A stretch of DNA of 38,271 nucleotides, taken from a bacterium (GTDB lineage Bacteria > Patescibacteriota > Minisyncoccia > UBA6257 > GWB1-50-10). The stretch covers positions 29,027-67,297 of the forward strand of contig JAKAHT010000001.1 of assembly GCA_021814805.1 (NCBI GenBank). Reading direction: 5' to 3'. The notes beneath the pieces are model-generated. The model had not been told where the DNA came from, did not search any database, and saw nothing but the letters and a program-made list of their open reading frames with translations. Positions within the stretch are counted from its first letter, which is position 1; the number at the start of each line of letters is the position of its first letter. Below, one piece after another: positions 22,509 through 30,726 of this stretch. The translations under genes and the position numbers were made by a program.

Positions 22509-25500
22509 ATGTTCGACGATCTCGATAAATTTTCCTTGCCGGAACTCGAAGAAAAGGTTTTGGGGTTTTGGGAAAGAAACGGCATATTTGAAAAGTCTTT
22601 AAGTAAAAATAAATCGAAGAAGAAGTTCGTATTTTACGAGGGTCCGCCTTACGCGAACGGTCGCCCTGGCATACATCACGTTTTGGCCCGTGTGGTTAAG
22701 GATGTGGTTTTGCGCTACAAAACAATGAGAGGTTTCGAGGTGCCCCGTAGAGCCGGCTGGGATACGCACGGTCTCCCTGTTGAAATGGCGGCCGAAAAAG
22801 CTTTGGGATTGAAATCAAAAAAAGAGATAGAAAAATACGGAGTAAAACTCTTCAACGAAAAGGCCAAGGAGCAGGTATGGGTGTACAAGGATGAATGGGA
22901 AAATCTTACCCGCCGGATAGGCTATTGGCTGGATTTGAAAAATGCTTATGTGACCTATGCCCCGGAATACATAGAGACCATCTGGTGGACTCTCTCCGAA
23001 ATACATAAAAAGAATCTTCTTTATAAAGATCACAAGATAGTTCCTTGGTGTACGAGATGCGGCACGGCCCTGTCTTCCCATGAACTGGCCCAAGGTTATA
23101 AAACAGTCGAAGATAATTCCGTTTATGTTAAGTTCAAGCTCAAGCCCGGCCAAAAAATAGGCAGCCTCTTTGTTTCTGATGATAATACTTATATTTTGTC
23201 CTGGACGACCACGCCCTGGACCCTGCCGGGAAATGTGGCTTTGGCTGTCGGCGAGAATATTAAGTATGCAGTTTTAGGCACTGATGAAAATTCCGAAAAA
23301 TATGTGATTGCTTCGTCGTTGGCGGATAAAGTTTTGGGTGCTAATAACAAGTCGATTGATGGTTTGAGCGGCAAAGATCTGATCGGTTTGTCTTATGAAT
23401 CGTTGTTCAAGGTAAATTTCTTAGAAACTGATAAATCGTACAAAATATATCAGGCGGATTTCGTTACCACCGGAGACGGGACTGGAGTAGTCCACACGGC
23501 TGTTATGTACGGCGAGGATGATTATGTTTTAGGAAAGAAGGTCGGCTTGCCCGGCAAACATACCGTGGATGAAGAGGGGAAATTCGTGGAGGGGGTACCC
23601 GGATTACAGGGACTTTATGTCAAATCCAAGGAGACGGAAGATAAAATTTTCGAACATTTGAAACAAAATGGTAATTTGTTGAAAATAGAGCCTTATTCGC
23701 ATGAGTATCCTCATTGTTGGCGTTGCGGGACTCCGATAGTTTATTACGGCCGGACTTCTTGGTTTATAGCCATGTCCAGGTTGAGAAAAGAACTTTTAAA
23801 TCGGAATAAAAAAATAAACTGGATGCCGGAACACGTTAAGGAAGGCCGATTTGGTGAGTGGCTTCGCGAAGTGAAAGATTGGAATCTCTCAAGAGAAAGA
23901 TACTGGGGTGCGCCACTTCCCATATGGGAGTGCGGTAGTTGCAATCATGTCGAAGTTGTGGGCAGCTTGCCGGCTTTAAATAAGCTTGCCGGAGGTTCTA
24001 AAAATAATTATTGGGTGATGAGACACGGTGAAGCCGAAAATAATGTTCTGGATTTGATAGATTCCGGTTCTGGAAATTTCCATCTGACATCCAAAGGAAA
24101 AAGGGAGGTGGAACTTTCCATCAGTAAATTAAAAAAAGAGCTGGCTTTAAAACATCAGAAAATAGATTTTATTATATCTTCCGACATTCTCCGAACAAAA
24201 GAGACCGGGAAGATAGACGAGAAAATTATTTCCGGATCCAATTTTGAGATCGATAAAAGACTGGAGGAAATACATTTAGGACCGGGACTTTCCGGATGCC
24301 ATGACGAAAAGTACCATAAATTTTTCCCGACTTATGAATCAAAGTTTGAAAAGAGACCGGATAAAGGAGAGTCTTTGAGAGATCTAAGAACGCGCTTGTG
24401 GAATTTTATGCGTGACCTTGAGAATAAATACCAGGATAAAAATATATTAATAGTCACTCACGAATATCCCATTTGGATGCTTTTTGAGATATCCGAAGGC
24501 TGGAGTGAAAAAAGGGCCGTGTTGGAAAAAGAAAAAAGAGGCAAGGATTTCGTTTCTTTTGCCGAAATAAAGAAACTTGATTTCAAAAGTGTTCCCAGAA
24601 ATGACAGCGGGGAGATAGACATTCATAGACCCTTTGTTGATGAGATAAATTTTAAATGCCCGAAGTGTAATAATTCGGTCATGAAGAGAATTAAGGAAGT
24701 GGCTGATGTTTGGTATGATTCCGGGGCTATGCCTTTCGGTGAGGAGCATTTCCCGTTTGAAGAAGGCGTTAGAAGTATTAAAAATATTAAACCCGGCAAA
24801 CTAATACCTTTTCCAGCGGATTATATAGCAGAAGGTATGGATCAAACCCGCGGCTGGTTTTACACGCTTCTCGCCATTTCGACCGCCTTGGGCTACGAAG
24901 CTCCCTATAAAAACGTTATAACTTTCGGCCTCATCAACGACAAGTTCGGCCAAAAAATGTCCAAATCAAAAGGCAATATAGTAGAGCCGTTTTCGGTGAT
25001 AAATAAATACGGAGTCGATGCGGTAAGATGGTATTTCATGAGCGGTACACCCTTCGGGGAGCCGAAAAATTTCGATGAAAACGAAATAGCCAAAAAACTG
25101 CGCCAAATTCATCTCATTGTTTACAACTCATTTATTTTCTGGAAAACCTATGCCTTGCGAGACGCCAAAATTTTGAAACGGAAGGGCTTCAAGTCTTCTA
25201 ATATTCTCGACAAGTGGATTGTTTCGAGATTAAACAGTTTGATAGACGAGACGACAAAAATGCTCGATAAATATGAGATACGAGAGGCTTCTCTTGAAAT
25301 AGAGTCGTTCTTAGATGACTTTTCGAGGTGGTATATAAGAAGATCCAGAAGACGTTTCCAGAAACCGGAAGATAAAAAAGATTATGAATCGGCCTCCACG
25401 GTTATGTATTCGGTGCTTCTGACTCTTTCTAAAATCATGGCCCCGTTCACTCCGTTTTTCTCGGAAGCTTTATATTCGTCCCTTAATGCTTCCAAAATAT

Positions 25501-26048
25501 CTGTCCATCTTGAGGATTGGCCGAAAGCCGACAAAAAGCTCATAGATAAAAAGCTTTCTCAATCGATGATTTTTGTGAGAGATTTGGCGAGTAAGGTATT
25601 GTCCGAGAGGGCTGAAATCGGCATAAAAGTAAGGCAACCGCTTTCTCTTTTAAGTATTAAAGGATCCAAATCAGACCTTGCGCCGGCGCTCGTGGAAATA
25701 TTAAAGGAGGAAGTGAATGTTAAGAAAATATCTTTTGATTCTGAGCTTTCTAAGGATTTTGTCTTGGATGCCACGATAACGCCCGAACTAAAAGAAGAGG
25801 GAATGGTGAGAGAATTAATAAGGATGATTCAAGATTTAAGACAAGACGGGGGATTCACGCCCAAGGACCGGGTGGTAGTTATGTTGGAGGCTTCTCAGGA
25901 TTTAAATTCCGTTGTTTTGAAAAATAAATCAATCCTTCAAAAAGAAGTTAATGCCAAGGATGTAGTCCTGAAAAAATCTGACAAGTTCGATGTGGAATTT
26001 GAGACTAAATTCGAATCCTCTCCCATTTGGCTAGGTCTTAAAAAGTAA
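22509..26048 (+). CDS. ileS: isoleucine--tRNA ligase (type 2) with an internal histidine-phosphatase-like insertion
   Basis: 1179 aa. PPYANGRPGIHHVLAR (HIGH region), the editing domain TTTPWTLPGN, KMSKSKGN, and zinc Cys pairs CGSC (475-478) and CPKC (717-720). Residues ~499-698 carry RHGEAENN, SSDILRTKET and IVTHE. Confidence 0.96.
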   Translation: MFDDLDKFSLPELEEKVLGFWERNGIFEKSLSKNKSKKKFVFYEGPPYANGRPGIHHVLARVVKDVVLRYKTMRGFEVPRRAGWDTHGLPVEMAAEKALGLKSKKEIEKYGVKLFNEKAKEQVWVYKDEWENLTRRIGYWLDLKNAYVTYAPEYIETIWWTLSEIHKKNLLYKDHKIVPWCTRCGTALSSHELAQGYKTVEDNSVYVKFKLKPGQKIGSLFVSDDNTYILSWTTTPWTLPGNVALAVGENIKYAVLGTDENSEKYVIASSLADKVLGANNKSIDGLSGKDLIGLSYESLFKVNFLETDKSYKIYQADFVTTGDGTGVVHTAVMYGEDDYVLGKKVGLPGKHTVDEEGKFVEGVPGLQGLYVKSKETEDKIFEHLKQNGNLLKIEPYSHEYPHCWRCGTPIVYYGRTSWFIAMSRLRKELLNRNKKINWMPEHVKEGRFGEWLREVKDWNLSRERYWGAPLPIWECGSCNHVEVVGSLPALNKLAGGSKNNYWVMRHGEAENNVLDLIDSGSGNFHLTSKGKREVELSISKLKKELALKHQKIDFIISSDILRTKETGKIDEKIISGSNFEIDKRLEEIHLGPGLSGCHDEKYHKFFPTYESKFEKRPDKGESLRDLRTRLWNFMRDLENKYQDKNILIVTHEYPIWMLFEISEGWSEKRAVLEKEKRGKDFVSFAEIKKLDFKSVPRNDSGEIDIHRPFVDEINFKCPKCNNSVMKRIKEVADVWYDSGAMPFGEEHFPFEEGVRSIKNIKPGKLIPFPADYIAEGMDQTRGWFYTLLAISTALGYEAPYKNVITFGLINDKFGQKMSKSKGNIVEPFSVINKYGVDAVRWYFMSGTPFGEPKNFDENEIAKKLRQIHLIVYNSFIFWKTYALRDAKILKRKGFKSSNILDKWIVSRLNSLIDETTKMLDKYEIREASLEIESFLDDFSRWYIRRSRRRFQKPEDKKDYESASTVMYSVLLTLSKIMAPFTPFFSEALYSSLNASKISVHLEDWPKADKKLIDKKLSQSMIFVRDLASKVLSERAEIGIKVRQPLSLLSIKGSKSDLAPALVEILKEEVNVKKISFDSELSKDFVLDATITPELKEEGMVRELIRMIQDLRQDGGFTPKDRVVVMLEASQDLNSVVLKNKSILQKEVNAKDVVLKKSDKFDVEFETKFESSPIWLGLKK

Positions 26049-26086
26049 AGAGCACTCTTGATTAAAAATTTGAGTGCTCTTTGTTT
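26047..26086. terminator. bidirectional rho-independent terminator between the convergent ileS and trpS operons
   Basis: AAAGAGCACTC (26047-26057) pairs with GAGTGCTCTTT (26072-26082) around a 14-nt loop. A-rich sequence lies before it and T-rich sequence after. Confidence 0.75.
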
Positions 26087-26095
26087 AGATGGATA

Positions 26096-26293
26096 TTAAC
26101 GAGTAGTGATTTGCTGAGCTTCATCTATTATCTCCTCGTCGGTCATATTTAATTTCTGTCTTATTTCCTCCATCTCTTTTTCGATACTGCCATCTTGGCC
26201 ATTTTTCTGGCCTATGGCGAGCCTTACATATTTAAAGATGAGTCCGTGCCTTTCCGATTGACTCATCTCGTTATTTTTGTTACTCTTTTCCAT
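26096..26293 (-). CDS. hypothetical small acidic protein (65 aa)
   Basis: An ORF that overlaps the upstream 151-aa gene by 14 nt and is the last gene before the terminator. No motif recognised. Confidence 0.4.
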   Translation of the reverse strand: MEKSNKNNEMSQSERHGLIFKYVRLAIGQKNGQDGSIEKEMEEIRQKLNMTDEEIIDEAQQITTR

Positions 26294-26735
26294 TGCTATT
26301 CCTTTCTCTTTGAAATTCTTTCAGTGCTTTATAAGTTGTGACAAGAGCAAATTTTCCGTAGTCAGCCCTTGATTTAAACATTTTTATCCAACTTGCGTCC
26401 CGGCCTGATTTTTGAATGGCTCTGGCTAAAATGTTTATTGAGTCAACTGCCGCATCGTGAACTATTTTTCTTGTCCGATCTATTTCTTCAAATTCTTTCT
26501 GATTATCTTTAGTAAGGTTGCTTAACACTTCGTGGAAAGCGGCTACAGTTTCCGTGTATCTTTCTGAGTATTCAATGGCATCCTCTGTCAGCTTTTCCAA
26601 AATAGAATCTCCTTTAACCTCTTCTTTAAGTTTTTTAAGGTCTACTATCGGTAGAAGTTTTTCTGGATCGCCTAATTGCCTTTCCATTTCCGGTAGAGCG
26701 TGGGGAAATTTGTCGGTAAATCCATTTATATTCAT
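26280..26735 (-). CDS. hypothetical helical protein (151 aa)
   Basis: An ORF 45 nt downstream of trpS on the same strand. The composition looks all-helical. No motif recognised. Confidence 0.5.
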   Translation of the reverse strand: MNINGFTDKFPHALPEMERQLGDPEKLLPIVDLKKLKEEVKGDSILEKLTEDAIEYSERYTETVAAFHEVLSNLTKDNQKEFEEIDRTRKIVHDAAVDSINILARAIQKSGRDASWIKMFKSRADYGKFALVTTYKALKEFQRERNSNGKE

Positions 26736-26780
26736 ATTTTTATAAACTCTGCTTTTTATATAATAAAATATAATAGTGTT

Positions 26781-27770
26781 TCAGTCAATAGTAAGCCCTA
26801 GTTTGATTTTAATGTCTTCAATTTTTTTTGTAGCTGCCAAGCCGGCTCTTTTGTTGCCGGAGATGATTATTTTTTTTACGGCCGTTTTGTTCTTTATTAG
26901 TTTCTTTTTTCTTATTTGGAAAGATGAAAGGTTTTTTATTATTTCTTCCGAAATATCTTTTTTAAAGTCTCCGTAGCCCTTGTTTTCGAATTTCTTTTCC
27001 GTTTGTTTGATGGTTATTCCCGAAAAATTTGAGTAAATGATAATAAGGTTGGATATGGCTGGCTTATCTTCCGGGTTATACTTTATTTCATGCCCAGAAT
27101 CGGTAACAGCCCTTTTTATTTTCTCTTTTATGGTTTTTTCATCATCATCCAAGAAGAGGCATCCGGCCGGCCGTGATTTGGACATTTTTTTGGTCGGATC
27201 GTCCAGGCTCATTATCCTTTTTGCTTCGGTGAGGATCGGCTGAGGCTCCAAAAAAATTTTCCCGAATTTTAAATTGAATTTTCTCGCCAAGGTTCTTGTG
27301 AGTTCAAGGTGCTGTAACTGGTCTTCGCCGACCGGCACGAATTTGGCATCATAAAGGAGAATGTCAGCAGCCATTAAAACCGGATAGTTAAAAAGTCCGA
27401 CATTGGCATTTTCCGGTTGAGATTCGCTTTTATCCTTGAATTGAGTCATTCTTCTAAGCTCTCCGAAAGGAGTGATATTGGATAAAAGCATCTGAAGTTC
27501 GCTGTGGGCCGGTATTTCCGATTGCTGGAATATAACCGATTTCTTTGGGTCAAGGCCGGCTGCGAGATAGTCCAGGGCCACATCCATTATTTGATCCGGT
27601 TTTTCTTTGGGATCGAAATTCTCCGTCAAAGAATGCAGATCGGCTATGAAAAAATAACACTCGTATTTGCCGGAGTTCTGAAGCTCGACGAAGTTTTGGA
27701 GTGAGCCCAAATAATTTCCTATATGAAGTTTTCCCGTTGGTTGAATGCCTGAAATCAAAACTGGTTTCAT
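26781..27770 (-). CDS. trpS: tryptophan--tRNA ligase
   Basis: 329 aa. SGIQPTGKLHIGNYLG (HIGH), KMSKS, and the class Ic TrpRS length. Confidence 0.95.
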   Translation of the reverse strand: MKPVLISGIQPTGKLHIGNYLGSLQNFVELQNSGKYECYFFIADLHSLTENFDPKEKPDQIMDVALDYLAAGLDPKKSVIFQQSEIPAHSELQMLLSNITPFGELRRMTQFKDKSESQPENANVGLFNYPVLMAADILLYDAKFVPVGEDQLQHLELTRTLARKFNLKFGKIFLEPQPILTEAKRIMSLDDPTKKMSKSRPAGCLFLDDDEKTIKEKIKRAVTDSGHEIKYNPEDKPAISNLIIIYSNFSGITIKQTEKKFENKGYGDFKKDISEEIIKNLSSFQIRKKKLIKNKTAVKKIIISGNKRAGLAATKKIEDIKIKLGLTID

Positions 27771-27800
27771 ACTTCAATTATGAGGCATGAAACCAGTTTT
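27757..27800 (-). promoter_or_regulatory. perfect 14-bp inverted repeat covering the trpS start codon (terminator/translation-control hairpin)
   Basis: AAAACTGGTTTCAT (27757-27770) is the exact reverse complement of ATGAAACCAGTTTT (27787-27800), with a 16-nt loop. On the mRNA strand the 3' arm is the first 14 nt of trpS. Confidence 0.6.
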
Positions 27801-27814
27801 AGTCCACCTTGTGA

Positions 27815-29626
27815 TTAGATTTCTATTACCACAGGCAGAATCATTGGTCTTCTTTTGGTTTTGTTGTACAAGAATTGACCTACCTGATCCCTTATTAAAG
27901 CTTTCAGGTAATCTGCGTCCATGGGCTGATAGTGGGGTATTCGGCTGATAATGCCTCTTACCTTTCTTCTTATTTCATCCAGAAGTTCCTGATTTTCTCT
28001 GAGATATATGAAACCTCTCGAGATAATGTCGGGGTTTTTCAGTATGTGTCCGGTTGCTCGATCTATAGTGGTTATAATGACAAACATACCTTCTTGGGAA
28101 AGCATGCGCCTGTCTCTCAGGACGACATCGCTTACGTCTCCCACACCCAAACCGTCGACTAAAACATACGAAGCGGGGACTCTTTCTCTTAAAACCTCCA
28201 CTTTGTCCTTGTAAAGAAGTCCGACATCTCCGTTGTCGAGAATGGTAACTCTGTCTTTTTGGATATCGACTTCTTTGGCGAGTTTAACGAGGGCTTTACG
28301 CATAAAGTAATAAGCGTGGATAGGGAAGACGAATTTCGGTTTTACAAGTTTCATTACGAGTTTCAGGTCTTCGCTATGAGCGTGTCCGCTTGAATGGATA
28401 TCGAGAAGCTTAGTGTTGTAAACTTCGTCGACTTGGCGAGAAATATTATCCTGAAGACCCTGAACGCTCCTTTCATTGCCTGGTATAACCGATGAAGAAA
28501 AAATAACCGTATCGTCGGGTTTCAGCCTCACTGATCTGTGTTCACCGTTTACTATTCTCATAAGCCCGGCGTTTGGTTCTCCTTGGGCTCCGGTCGTGAG
28601 TATCATGACTTTGTCGTCCTTGTATTTATTCAGGTCTTCGAGCGGAATCATAGTTCCCGGCTTAGGCTTGAAATATCCGAGCTGCTGAGCCACGGTCATA
28701 TTGTCCCGCATCGATCGGCCGTTCAGGGCGACTTTCCGGTTGTGCCTCTCGGCTATTTGGATTATTTCGAATACGCGGGTCAAAAGGGAAGCGAATGTGG
28801 CTATAATTACCCGCCCTTTGGATTTGGATATCAATTCCTCCAAGTTATCGTCGACGGTCATTTCGGAAAAGGAAAATCCGGGCCTTAAGGAATTTGTGCT
28901 GTCCATAAAGACGCTATGGATGCCCATTTCTCCGACTTTCTTGTATATTTCGGTATCCACCGGCTTACCTTCTTTATTGGTTCGGAGCCGGAAGTCTCCG
29001 AAATTGACCATATTGCCGACGGGTGTTTTGAGAACGAACCCCAAGGCGTCGGGTATGGTGTGATCAACATTAAAGAATTCGACTTCTAAGTTTTCGCTTA
29101 TTTTTCTCCTATCGCCGTGTTTTACGACGTCGAAGTGAAGCTTCGGGGCGTTGGTGAATTCCTCGTGCCTTTTTTCCACCACCGCTTTTGTAAAGTCGGC
29201 TGTATAAATAACAGGGTTGCCGATCTTGCCTATTACGTAGTGAATGGCGGCTATGTGATCGTAATGACCGTGAGTAAGAAAGATGGCTTTTATCTTATCC
29301 TTTCTTTCTTCAAGGTAAGTTACGTTGGGTATTATATAATCTATGCCCGGAGTAGTTTCTTCCGGGAATTGTATACCCACGTCGACTATGACTATTTCAT
29401 CGTTGTACTCAAAGAAGGAGCAATTGCGTCCCACTTCTTCCAACCCGCCCAACGGCACGAACCTGACCACCGGTTCTTTGGTTTCTTTGGCGGCCGGCCG
29501 GCTGGTTTTGGTGGAAAGAGAAGTCCTTCTTTCTTCCGACGGTAATGCTTCCGTTTTCCTCCTGCGAGGGCCGGAAGACTTGTTCGCTTGAAAGCGCGAA
29601 CGAGCATTTTCTGATTGTCTTAACAT
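27815..29626 (-). CDS. rnj: ribonuclease J
   Basis: 603 aa. VRFVPLGGLEEVGRNC, LTHGHYDHIAAI, beta-CASP and C-terminal domains. An N-terminal extension of ~55 aa is rich in Arg, Ser and Lys. Confidence 0.9.
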   Translation of the reverse strand: MLRQSENARSRFQANKSSGPRRRKTEALPSEERRTSLSTKTSRPAAKETKEPVVRFVPLGGLEEVGRNCSFFEYNDEIVIVDVGIQFPEETTPGIDYIIPNVTYLEERKDKIKAIFLTHGHYDHIAAIHYVIGKIGNPVIYTADFTKAVVEKRHEEFTNAPKLHFDVVKHGDRRKISENLEVEFFNVDHTIPDALGFVLKTPVGNMVNFGDFRLRTNKEGKPVDTEIYKKVGEMGIHSVFMDSTNSLRPGFSFSEMTVDDNLEELISKSKGRVIIATFASLLTRVFEIIQIAERHNRKVALNGRSMRDNMTVAQQLGYFKPKPGTMIPLEDLNKYKDDKVMILTTGAQGEPNAGLMRIVNGEHRSVRLKPDDTVIFSSSVIPGNERSVQGLQDNISRQVDEVYNTKLLDIHSSGHAHSEDLKLVMKLVKPKFVFPIHAYYFMRKALVKLAKEVDIQKDRVTILDNGDVGLLYKDKVEVLRERVPASYVLVDGLGVGDVSDVVLRDRRMLSQEGMFVIITTIDRATGHILKNPDIISRGFIYLRENQELLDEIRRKVRGIISRIPHYQPMDADYLKALIRDQVGQFLYNKTKRRPMILPVVIEI

Positions 29627-29678
29627 AAAATTAAATTATTTATTCGACTTTATTTAATTTTTAAGAGTTTTGCTCTTG

Positions 29679-29762
29679 TGCGGAGAGAGGGACTTGAACC
29701 CTCACGAGATTGCTCTCACAGGCTCCTGAAGCCTGCGCGTCTGCCGATTCCGCCACCTCCGC
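29679..29762 (-). tRNA. tRNA-Leu (anticodon CAG), type II with a long variable arm
   Basis: The minus strand reads GCGGAGGTGGCGGAATCGGCAGACGCG-CAGGC-TTCAGGA-GCCTG-TGAGAGCAATCTCGT-GAGGG-TTCAAGT-CCCTC-TCTCCGC-A. 84 nt. CCA is not encoded. Confidence 0.93.
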
Positions 29763-29769
29763 AAATAAC

Positions 29770-30726
29770 TTAATGAACTTTCTTTAATCTTTTTATCGTG
29801 TTGACTTCCACCGGGTTTTCTTTTGATCTTTCAGCCAAAGACCAGCTTGTGAAGTGCGACAGGATTATGCCATTCCAAGTTTTTTCGAAAATATTTTTGC
29901 CGGGTATTTTTATATCCAATGATTTTATCTTTTTATTTTTAAGTTCTTTTTTTAAAAACTCTTTTTTGTGATTGAATTTTCCAAAGTCATCCAAGAAAAT
30001 TACCGTCCACTTTCCCGATATATTTTTAAACCCTTCTATCTCGTTGTGGTTTATTTCAGGGTAAGAGTTTACAAAAGCAGCCTTTTTAGAAGTTTCGTTA
30101 AAATTATTTTTCCATAAAAGGGACAAGTGATAAAGGTTATTCAAGGAATAAACTATTATATTGCCCTCTATTTTCTTTGAGATATCCATCCCTGCTTTCC
30201 GGAGCTTGGGTATTGTCTCCAGTTTGAAACGGGGGATTCTTACATCAAAAACGGCTTCTAAGATATTTATAACTCCGTAGTACATTAAACCGCTTGCTTG
30301 CCTTGGTGTCAAGTCACCCAGGTCGAACGAAGCAATGGCCGTTTTGTTTTTTATTGATTCTTCTTTGAGTTTTCCTCCGCCTGTGACTGCGGCTATATTC
30401 TTTTTACCGAACTTTCGAATGGCTGATTTGAAAGCGTTTAGCGTCTCTTCGGTGTCTCCGGAAAAGGAGACCGATATAAAAAGTGGGCTTTTAGTGTAGG
30501 TTTTGGGAAGGACATTGTCTTTCAGCACGAAGACAGGGACTTTTAAGTTTATGCTTTCGGCGTTGTCTTTCAATATTTCTCCTATTACTCCCGATCCGCC
30601 CATGCCGGCTATTACGACCGAGTCGAATCTCCTGCCGGATAAGCTCTTTAAATATTCCGTGGTTATGTTTTCGGACGAGAGTTGTTTCTTAAAATCAACT
30701 GTATTTTTTTCGTAGATATCCGTCAT
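29770..30726 (-). CDS. bifunctional phosphoglucose/phosphomannose isomerase (SIS domain)
   Basis: 318 aa. VVIAGMGGSGVIGEIL and SFSGDTEETL are SIS-domain motifs. The size and layout match the archaeal-type PGI/PMI family. Confidence 0.72.
   Translation of the reverse strand: MTDIYEKNTVDFKKQLSSENITTEYLKSLSGRRFDSVVIAGMGGSGVIGEILKDNAESINLKVPVFVLKDNVLPKTYTKSPLFISVSFSGDTEETLNAFKSAIRKFGKKNIAAVTGGGKLKEESIKNKTAIASFDLGDLTPRQASGLMYYGVINILEAVFDVRIPRFKLETIPKLRKAGMDISKKIEGNIIVYSLNNLYHLSLLWKNNFNETSKKAAFVNSYPEINHNEIEGFKNISGKWTVIFLDDFGKFNHKKEFLKKELKNKKIKSLDIKIPGKNIFEKTWNGIILSHFTSWSLAERSKENPVEVNTIKRLKKVH

Noticed and set aside
29661-29675. A small hairpin, AAGAG-TTTTG-CTCTT, next to the 3' end of tRNA-Leu.
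   Set aside because: It has 5 bp and no U-run after it on the minus (transcribed) strand, so it is not a convincing terminator.
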